Assembly (NCBI GenBank): GCA_964346555.1
Contig: CAYFVJ010000001.1
Span: forward strand, 4,779-68,778
DNA length: 64,000 nucleotides
Direction of reading: 5' to 3'
Source: an uncultured Alteromonadaceae bacterium
Lineage (GTDB): Bacteria; Pseudomonadota; Gammaproteobacteria; Pseudomonadales; Halieaceae
The notes under the pieces: generated by a model
Database searches by the model: none
Told to the model about the DNA's origin: nothing
What the model saw: the letters and a program-made list of their open reading frames with translations, nothing else
Shown here: piece after piece, positions 57,280 to 64,000 of the stretch
Position numbering within the stretch: position 1 is the first letter of the stretch
Layout of the letters: every line of letters begins with the position of its first letter
Translations under genes and position numbers: made by a program

Positions 57280-58612
57280 GGCGGGCGATCTGTTCGACAG
57301 CGGTCAGGACAACAGTGTCTATGAGCCGCTGGCGGCCCTGCTCAGGCCCACCAGCCTGGATACCTTTGTCGGCCAGGCTCACCTGTTGGGCCCGCACAAA
57401 CCCCTGGCGCACGCGATCGCATGCGGTCAGCTGCACTCCATGCTGCTGTGGGGCCCACCGGGCGTTGGCAAGACGACCCTCGCACGTATCGCGGCAGACG
57501 CGGCGGACGCGGTTTTTTTGCAGTTATCCGCGGTGTTGTCGGGGGTCCGTGATATCCGCGCCGCGGTGGAGACGGCGCAGCAGAACCGCCAGCGCGGTCG
57601 CAACACCGTACTGTTCGTGGACGAGGTGCACCGTTTCAATAAATCACAGCAGGATGCCTTCCTGCCTTTTGTCGAGAACGGCACACTGATTTTTATCGGC
57701 GCGACCACCGAGAATCCGGCGTTTGAGGTCAACAGCGCGCTTCTGTCCCGTGCCCGTGTATATAAGCTGCGCGCGCTGCAGGTGACGGAGATGATCGAAC
57801 TGCTGACGCATGCAGTCGATCATCTCGGCAGCGGGCTGTGTGCCGAGCGTGCCGTGCTGGAGATGCTGGCCGAGCTGGCGGACGGTGACGCCCGGCGCGG
57901 GCTCAACCTGCTCGAGCTGGCCTCGGACCTGGCCCACGCGGACGGGAACGGTGCGCGGCATCTCACGCGCGAGCTGGTAGAAGAAGTCGGGCAGCAATCC
58001 CTGCGCCGTTTCGACAAGGGTGGTGATCAGTTCTACGACCTTATCAGTGCGCTGCACAAGTCCGTGCGTGGCAGCGCGCCCGATGCCTCACTGTACTGGT
58101 TGTGCCGTATGCTGGACGGCGGCTGTGATCCGCTGTACGTGGCCCGGCGCGTTGTGCGTATCGCCAGTGAGGATATCGGCAACGCGGATCCGCGCGCGCT
58201 GACACTGTGCCTGGACGCCTGGCAGGTGCTGGAGCGCCTTGGCAGCCCCGAGGGAGAGCTGGCGCTGGCGCAGGCAGTGCTGTACCTGTCCTGCGCGCCG
58301 AAGAGCAACGCGGTGTACCGTGCGTTCAACGCAGCGACCGCCGAGGTCGCCGCCGGACAGACCGCAGAGGTCCCGCTGCACCTGCGCAATGCGCCGACGC
58401 AGCTGGCGCAAAAGATGGAGCATGGCGCCGGTTATCGCTACGCACACGACGAGGAGGAGGCCTATGCAGCGGGCGAGCGCTACCTGCCGCCCGAGCTGGG
58501 TGACCCACAGTACTACCAGCCCGTGCCGCGGGGCCTCGAGCAGCGGATACGCGACAAGCTCGCCCACCTGCGCGAGCGGGACAGGGCCAGCGACAGGCGC
58601 CGTGACGGCTGA
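57272..58612 (+). CDS. rarA: replication-associated recombination protein A (AAA+ ATPase)
   Basis: ATG 57272 overlaps the lolA 3' end by 8 nt. It has Walker A GPPGVGKTT and Walker B VLFVDEVHRFNK. Confidence 0.92.
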   Translation: MPEAGDLFDSGQDNSVYEPLAALLRPTSLDTFVGQAHLLGPHKPLAHAIACGQLHSMLLWGPPGVGKTTLARIAADAADAVFLQLSAVLSGVRDIRAAVETAQQNRQRGRNTVLFVDEVHRFNKSQQDAFLPFVENGTLIFIGATTENPAFEVNSALLSRARVYKLRALQVTEMIELLTHAVDHLGSGLCAERAVLEMLAELADGDARRGLNLLELASDLAHADGNGARHLTRELVEEVGQQSLRRFDKGGDQFYDLISALHKSVRGSAPDASLYWLCRMLDGGCDPLYVARRVVRIASEDIGNADPRALTLCLDAWQVLERLGSPEGELALAQAVLYLSCAPKSNAVYRAFNAATAEVAAGQTAEVPLHLRNAPTQLAQKMEHGAGYRYAHDEEEAYAAGERYLPPELGDPQYYQPVPRGLEQRIRDKLAHLRERDRASDRRRDG

Positions 58613-58695
58613 TAGGTGGCTGTCAGCCTACCGGCAAAGCGCGTACAATTTAATTAATTGATCCCGGTGCGTGGGCCCGGACGGAATACCGCAGC

Positions 58696-59070
58696 ATGCA
58701 ATACCTTGTATTTGTTGCCCTGGGCGGCGCGGCCGGTGCCGTGGCGCGCTACAGTCTCGCACGCTGGGTGCACGCCCTCTGGCAGGGCAGCTGGCCGCTG
58801 GGTACGCTGCTGGTCAACCTCAGTGGCTGTGCGTTGATGGGTGTGCTGTTTGTCCTGATCGAGCGTTATGCGCTGCACCCGGACTGGCGTGGCGTGCTCA
58901 TGGTGGGCTTTCTCGGTGCCTTTACGACCTATTCAACCTTCTCCCTGGAGGCGCTGGAACTGTGGCAGTCGGGACAGTCAGTCTACGCGATCGGCTACAT
59001 GCTGGGTACAACCCTGGGTTGTGTGCTGGCGGCGGCGGGCGGCATGCAGCTCGCCCGAGCGCTTCTATGA
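58696..59070 (+). CDS. crcB: fluoride channel CrcB/FluC
   Basis: 124-aa 4-TM protein with GGAAGAVARY and GFLGAFTTYSTF motifs. Confidence 0.9.
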   Translation: MQYLVFVALGGAAGAVARYSLARWVHALWQGSWPLGTLLVNLSGCALMGVLFVLIERYALHPDWRGVLMVGFLGAFTTYSTFSLEALELWQSGQSVYAIGYMLGTTLGCVLAAAGGMQLARALL

Positions 59071-59091
59071 ACAGATGAAAGGAAAGACCCG

Positions 59092-60393
59092 ATGCTGGAT
59101 ATCAAGGAAGTCCGGCGCGACCCGATGGCGGTCGCGGCGGCACTGGCCAGGCGAGGTGTCGCGTTCGATGTCGCGGCATTCGAGTCACTCGATGCCCGGC
59201 GCAAGGCCGCAGATGTTGCGAGCCAGGATCTCCAGGCCGAGCGCAAGGCGGCGAGCCGGAAAATAGGCCAGCTGGTGGGGCAGGGTATGAGCGTCGATGA
59301 TGCCAAGGCCGAGGTCAATGCGACACTCGACGCCATTGCCGCGCGCATCGACAGCGCGACACAGGAAGCGCGGGATGTACAGCGCGCGATGGACGACTGG
59401 CTCGGCGGCCTGCCGAACCTGCCGCACGCCGACGTTCCCGCCGGCGACAGCGAGACGGACAATGTCGAGGTCCTGCGCTGGGGCTCCCCGCCGGTCTTTG
59501 ATTTCCCGGTGCGCGATCACGTGGACGTCGGCGAGGGACTGGGGTTGCTCGACAGCGAACTGGCGGGCAGGATCACCGGTTCGCGTTTCAGCGTCATGCA
59601 CGGCGCCCTGGCGCGGCTGCATCGAGCATTAGTGCAGTTCATGCTCGACATGCACATCACAGAGCACGGGTACCGGGAAGTCTACGTACCTTACATCGTC
59701 AACAGCGAATCGCTTTACGGTACCGGCCAGTTGCCGAAGTTCGCCGAGGATCTGTTCAGGCTAGAAGGCGAGCAGGACTATTATCTTATTCCCACTGCCG
59801 AGGTTCCGGTGACGAATATCGCCCGCGAGCGCATCTTCGAGAACGAGGAGCTCGGCGAATCTGGGTTGCGCCTGACCTGCCACACACCGTGTTTTCGCAG
59901 CGAGGCGGGCAGCTACGGGCGCGACACGCGCGGCATGATACGCCAGCACCAGTTCGAGAAGGTCGAGCTGGTGAGCCTGGTGCGACCCGAGCAGGGTGAG
60001 CCGGCGCTGGAGGCACTTACCGGGCATGCGGAAGCGGTGCTGCAGCGACTGGAGCTGCCCTATCGCAAGGTGGTTCTGTGCGCGGGGGATCTCGGTTTTT
60101 CTGCCTGCAAGACCTACGACCTGGAGGTCTGGCTGCCCGGGCAGGACGCTTATCGGGAAATCTCCTCCTGCAGCCACTTCGGCGCATTCCAGGCGCGACG
60201 CATGCAGGCGCGCTGGCGCAATCCGGCAACCGGCAGGCCTGAGCTTCTGCATACGCTGAACGGCTCCGGGCTCGCCGTGGGACGCACGTTGGTGGCGATT
60301 CTCGAGAACTTCCAGCGCGCCGATGGTTCTGTAGAGGTACCCCCGGCTCTGCGTCCCTACGCCGGTGGCCTGGCGTTGCTTGAGGCTGGCTGA
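59092..60393 (+). CDS. serS: seryl-tRNA synthetase
   Basis: 433 aa with an N-terminal coiled-coil arm and class II motifs ([25 protein letters not shown]). Confidence 0.95.
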   Translation: MLDIKEVRRDPMAVAAALARRGVAFDVAAFESLDARRKAADVASQDLQAERKAASRKIGQLVGQGMSVDDAKAEVNATLDAIAARIDSATQEARDVQRAMDDWLGGLPNLPHADVPAGDSETDNVEVLRWGSPPVFDFPVRDHVDVGEGLGLLDSELAGRITGSRFSVMHGALARLHRALVQFMLDMHITEHGYREVYVPYIVNSESLYGTGQLPKFAEDLFRLEGEQDYYLIPTAEVPVTNIARERIFENEELGESGLRLTCHTPCFRSEAGSYGRDTRGMIRQHQFEKVELVSLVRPEQGEPALEALTGHAEAVLQRLELPYRKVVLCAGDLGFSACKTYDLEVWLPGQDAYREISSCSHFGAFQARRMQARWRNPATGRPELLHTLNGSGLAVGRTLVAILENFQRADGSVEVPPALRPYAGGLALLEAG

Positions 60394-60402
60394 GATTTCA
60401 CC

Positions 60403-61776
60403 GTGGATGCCCTGCCGGTCTTTCTCAAGTTGCAGGACGAGCCCGTTACGCTGGTGGGCGGTGGCACGGTTGCCTCACGCAAGGCCCTTTTTCTCTGTCG
60501 GGCGGGTGCCAGGCTGACGGTAGTGGCTCCGGATGTTGACGCCGGGCTGCGGACATTACTGGATGAGCATCAGGGCAGTTGGCAGCCTCGGCCCTATGCG
60601 CGGGGTGACCTGGCCGGTCAGGTGCTGGCTATCGCGGCAACGCCGGACAACGCGGTGAACCGCTCGGTCCACGCGGAGGCGCGCGAGCGCAATATTCCGG
60701 TCAATGTGGTCGACACGCCGGAACTGTGCAGCTTTACATTTCCCTCGATCGTCGATCGCAATCCGCTGCTGGTCGCTATCGGCACCAATGGCGCCAGCCC
60801 GGTGCTGGGGCGTGCAGTGCGGCGGCGGCTCGAGGCGATGTTGCCGGCGCAGCTCGGCGCGGTAGCGCGCTTTGCCGGTTCACTGCGTGCTCGTGTGAAG
60901 ACGGCGATACCGGATGAGTCAACGCGTCGGCGCTTCTGGGAGGACCTTGTCGAGGGGCCGGTGGCGGAACTGGTCATGTCCGGTCGCACGGAGGACGCGG
61001 CGACCGCCGTGGACCAGCGACTGGCGGGTGATTCCCGCCCATGTGGCGAGGTATTCCTGATCGGCGCGGGTCCGGGCGATCCCGACCTGATGACTTTCAA
61101 AGCCCTGAGGCTTCTGCAGCGGGCGGATGTAATCCTGCACGACCGCCTGGTGCCGCGGGCGATCGTCGACCTGGGACGACGCGATGCACAGCGCATTTAT
61201 GTCGGCAAGCGGCGATCCGAGCACGCGGTGCCCCAGGAGGAAATCAACCAGGCGCTGGTGGACCTCGCTCTGCAAGGCAAGTGCGTGGTGCGCCTGAAGG
61301 GCGGGGACCCGTTCGTTTTCGGCCGCGGCGGCGAAGAGATCACTCTTCTGGCGCAGCAGGCGATCCCGTTTCAGATTGTTCCGGGCATTACGGCCGCCAA
61401 CGCCGCCGCGTGCTATGCCGGCATTCCGCTGACGCACAGAGACCATGCCCAGTCCGTGCGTTTTCTCACGGGCCACACGCGTGACGGCGAATTGCCACAT
61501 CGCTGGGAAGAGTTTCAGTCGGCGCAGGAGACCCTGGTTTTCTATATGGGCCTGGTGGGGCTGCCCATCATCTGCCGCCAGCTACAGGCGCACGGGCGCA
61601 ATCCGCGAACCCCGATCGCTCTGGTCGAGAAGGCGACGACACCCGAGCAGCGGGTCATTATCGGGACATTGGATACCATGTGCGCGGTTGTGGAAAGGGA
61701 GCAGCCCGAACCACCGACGCTGATCATTGTCGGCGATGTGGTGCGCCTGGCCGGGGATCTGGCGTGGCGCACCTGA
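60403..61776 (+). CDS. cysG: siroheme synthase (precorrin-2 dehydrogenase/ferrochelatase + uroporphyrinogen-III methyltransferase)
   Basis: 457 aa. It has an N-terminal Rossmann motif LVGGGTVASRK and the C-terminal SUMT motif VFLIGAGPGDPDLMT. It starts at GTG. Confidence 0.9.
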   Translation: MDALPVFLKLQDEPVTLVGGGTVASRKALFLCRAGARLTVVAPDVDAGLRTLLDEHQGSWQPRPYARGDLAGQVLAIAATPDNAVNRSVHAEARERNIPVNVVDTPELCSFTFPSIVDRNPLLVAIGTNGASPVLGRAVRRRLEAMLPAQLGAVARFAGSLRARVKTAIPDESTRRRFWEDLVEGPVAELVMSGRTEDAATAVDQRLAGDSRPCGEVFLIGAGPGDPDLMTFKALRLLQRADVILHDRLVPRAIVDLGRRDAQRIYVGKRRSEHAVPQEEINQALVDLALQGKCVVRLKGGDPFVFGRGGEEITLLAQQAIPFQIVPGITAANAAACYAGIPLTHRDHAQSVRFLTGHTRDGELPHRWEEFQSAQETLVFYMGLVGLPIICRQLQAHGRNPRTPIALVEKATTPEQRVIIGTLDTMCAVVEREQPEPPTLIIVGDVVRLAGDLAWRT

Positions 61777-61789
61777 CCACCGGGCTTTC

Positions 61790-63919
61790 TCAGTCGTCTT
61801 TCTCGGCGTTCGCTGCGTAGGCCTGCTCGCGCATCAACAGGGTATCGACCAGTATATTGCCGGCCTCGGTGAGGAGCACATCGTCACGATCGAAGTCGCT
61901 ATCCCCGCTGGTGTGCATGGCGGTCTCTTCATCGCCTTCCGCCGGGTCAGTATCGGCACTTTCGGCCTGCTCGCCTTTTTCGTCCAGTGAAGCCAGCGGC
62001 TCTTTGCCCAGGGCGCGGCGACGACGGTTCTCGATTGCCAGCGCCGCTTCCGAGCGCGCCTCGCGGCGGGCGCGACGTCTATCTTCATTCAGCGATACGA
62101 TCTCGACGTCGTTGTCGTCATTTGCGAGAGCAACCTGCTCCACAAGGTAGTTGAGCTCGGCGTTACCTTTTTTGCGTTCGCCGGACAGTGATGCGAGCTC
62201 CGGTATGATGGCGTCCAGGTCGCCGTAGCGCCGGTGGCGTACCGGGTTGATCTGATCCCATGCGAGTGCGTGCTCCAGGGCACTTTCACCGATCTCGTCG
62301 GCATCGAACATGGAGGGGAAGGTGATATCCGGCACGACACCGCGATGTTGCGTGCTGTCGCCGGATATGCGATAGAACTTGCTCTCGGTAACCTTGAGCT
62401 GGCCCTCTTCCAGAGGCACCATAGTCTGCACCGTTCCCTTGCCGAATGAGCGATCGCCGACGATGACACCGCGCTCGTAATCCTGGATGGCGCCGGCAAA
62501 GATTTCCGAGGCGGAGGCGCTCAGGCGATTGATCATGACCACCAGTGGACCTTCGTAATACGAACTGCGCAGGCGCTTGCCGTCGCGCCACACGCGGCGC
62601 GACGAGTGCCTTATCTGTACGGTCGGGCCATATTCGATAAACAGTCCGGTAAGTTCATTAGCTTCCTGCAGTGAGCCGCCACCATTGTTGCGCAGGTCGA
62701 CGATGATACCTTCCACGCCCTCATCCTGAAGTTCCTGCAGGAGCTGTGCGACGTCACGCGTGGTGCTTTTGTAGTCATCATCGCCACGCCGCATAGCTTC
62801 GAAATCAATATAGAAGGCGGGGATGTCGATAACGCCGACCTTGACGGTATCGTCACCTGCCGGCAGCTCAAGAATGCGTTTCTGTGCGGACTGCTCTTCC
62901 AGCTTGACGGTATTGCGCACAATCTGAACGGTCTTGCGGTCCTCGATCGAGGCACCGGCGGTGCCGGGCACAACGCTGAGCCTTACCGTACTGTCCTTGG
63001 GTCCGCGAATCAGATCCACGACTTCGTCGAGGCGCCAGCCGATGACATCTTCCATAGGACCTTCCGTGCCCTGTCCGACAGCGACAATGCGGTCCGACGG
63101 CTTGAGTTCCCCCTGCTTGTCCGCGGGGCCTGCAGCGACCAGCCGCGCCACTTTCGTGTAATCGTCATCGGATTGCAGAACTGCGCCGATTCCCTCCAGG
63201 GAAAGGCTCATGTTGATGTTGAAATTTTCAGTGCGTCTGGGCGAGAGGTAATTCGTATGCGGGTCGTACAGCTCTGTAAGCGCGTTGGCATATACCTGGA
63301 AGACATCCTGGGAATTGTACTGGACGACCCGCTTGAGCTGGCGCTCATAGCGCTTGACCAGGACGCCGGCGATATCTTCCTCGTCCTTGTCGGCCAGGCG
63401 CAATCTGAGTGCCTGGTTCTTCAAATGCTTGCGCCAGCGCTCGTCGAGTTCGTCGGCGTCGCGCGCCCAGGCCCTCTTGCTGCCGTCCAGTAAAAACTCC
63501 TCGTCCAGGCTGAAATCCATTTCTGCATAGCGCGTGGGCAGGGTTTCCACGACACGGGTGAGACGTGATTCCAGGCGTTGTGCAAAGCGGTTGAAGATGA
63601 GGAAGCCGACATCCAGATTGCCGTTGGAGAAGTCGTTATCCAGGTTGTCCCTGTGCTGACTGAACTCGGCGATGTCAGCCGCGGTAAAGAACATTTTGCC
63701 AGCGTCCAGACTGTCGATGTAATTCTCAAGGTGCGCCGACGACAGCTTGTCGTCGTATTGCAACTTCGCGTAATGACGCTTCTCCAGCTTTTCCACGAGC
63801 CCACGCGCCGTCTCGGCCTGTGCAGCGCTGTAATCAAGCGCAGTGACTGCCTGTAGCGCCGACGAGAAGATCCACAGCGGCAGGGTCAGAGCGAGTACTG
63901 TCAGTTTGCGTTGTATCAT
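61790..63919 (-). CDS. prc: carboxy-terminal processing (tail-specific) protease
   Basis: It contains PDZ and S41 peptidase regions (DLRNNGGGSL, FGKGTVQ). ATG 63919 gives the signal peptide MIQRKLTVLALTLPLWIFSSALQA. The ORF opens at 63985. Confidence 0.88.
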   Translation of the reverse strand: MIQRKLTVLALTLPLWIFSSALQAVTALDYSAAQAETARGLVEKLEKRHYAKLQYDDKLSSAHLENYIDSLDAGKMFFTAADIAEFSQHRDNLDNDFSNGNLDVGFLIFNRFAQRLESRLTRVVETLPTRYAEMDFSLDEEFLLDGSKRAWARDADELDERWRKHLKNQALRLRLADKDEEDIAGVLVKRYERQLKRVVQYNSQDVFQVYANALTELYDPHTNYLSPRRTENFNINMSLSLEGIGAVLQSDDDYTKVARLVAAGPADKQGELKPSDRIVAVGQGTEGPMEDVIGWRLDEVVDLIRGPKDSTVRLSVVPGTAGASIEDRKTVQIVRNTVKLEEQSAQKRILELPAGDDTVKVGVIDIPAFYIDFEAMRRGDDDYKSTTRDVAQLLQELQDEGVEGIIVDLRNNGGGSLQEANELTGLFIEYGPTVQIRHSSRRVWRDGKRLRSSYYEGPLVVMINRLSASASEIFAGAIQDYERGVIVGDRSFGKGTVQTMVPLEEGQLKVTESKFYRISGDSTQHRGVVPDITFPSMFDADEIGESALEHALAWDQINPVRHRRYGDLDAIIPELASLSGERKKGNAELNYLVEQVALANDDNDVEIVSLNEDRRRARREARSEAALAIENRRRRALGKEPLASLDEKGEQAESADTDPAEGDEETAMHTSGDSDFDRDDVLLTEAGNILVDTLLMREQAYAANAEKDD

Positions 63920-64000
63920 CAAGGTCAGGTACCCGGTTGCTTTAGTGACTTTTTCTGACAATAAAGTGTAGCGATCTCTGGACATCGGTCAAAGACTGTC

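Noticed and set aside
58613-58695. Possible fluoride riboswitch upstream of crcB.
   Set aside because: The 83-nt spacer shows no resemblance to the crcB-motif core as I remember it: there is no GGCGATGG...CTGATGA-type segments or pseudoknot arrangement. It looks like a plain promoter region (TACAAT at about 58645-50). cmsearch with RF01734 would settle it.

Overview
This is a GC-rich, very gene-dense chromosomal segment: about 65 protein genes, almost all intergenic gaps under 250 bp, and many ATGA/GTGA/TGATG stop-start overlaps. It looks gammaproteobacterial. I recognised no rRNA or tRNA genes, CRISPR arrays, transposases, integrases, phage genes or classical defence genes. Layout: (i) 0.3-5.6 kb holds an MFS transporter, cytochrome b561 and opgG-opgH. 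(ii) 5.7-15.8 kb is a block of poorly characterised genes. It contains a CDP-alcohol phosphatidyltransferase plus a flippase-like protein. It also contains a divergent operon pair (PTPS-fold protein, zinc-ligand-less MDR, stand-alone RibD_C reductase versus GT4 glycosyltransferase and SAM methyltransferase). It ends with a kef / sulfatase-like membrane transferase / FkbM methyltransferase operon. (iii) 16.0-22.8 kb holds a Tat-signal MsrB and a nine-gene Mrp-type antiporter operon in the non-canonical order E-F-G-DUF4040-B-C-D-D-X. (iv) 22.9-26.1 kb is a four-gene operon: small PLDc_N membrane protein, amidoligase, class-I glutamine amidotransferase/C26 hydrolase, and an exported beta-lactamase-fold hydrolase. 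(v) 26.3-34.5 kb holds moaCDE coupled to a flavin reductase and a Nudix hydrolase, then bcp, yajC, an alanine:cation symporter, a 5'-nucleotidase, cysB and pabB. (vi) 34.7-42.8 kb is a propionyl-CoA to succinyl-CoA operon with an unusually long biotin carboxylase/BCCP subunit. (vii) 42.9-64 kb is housekeeping (GNAT, purB, hflD, mnmA, icd, clpS, clpA, infA, bpt, aat, trxB, ftsK, lolA, rarA, crcB, serS, cysG, prc). From memory its order matches the Pseudomonas aeruginosa PA2612-PA2631 neighbourhood, so I treat it as ordinary core genome. The best candidates for something undescribed are the PTPS/MDR/RibD_C//GT/MT cluster with its lipid-enzyme flanks, the amidoligase-GATase operon, the Mbh-style Mrp operon with an orphan ninth gene, and the atypical acyl-CoA carboxylase. 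None can be shown to be novel from sequence alone. All family calls rest on motifs read by eye in the translated ORFs and need profile or database confirmation.
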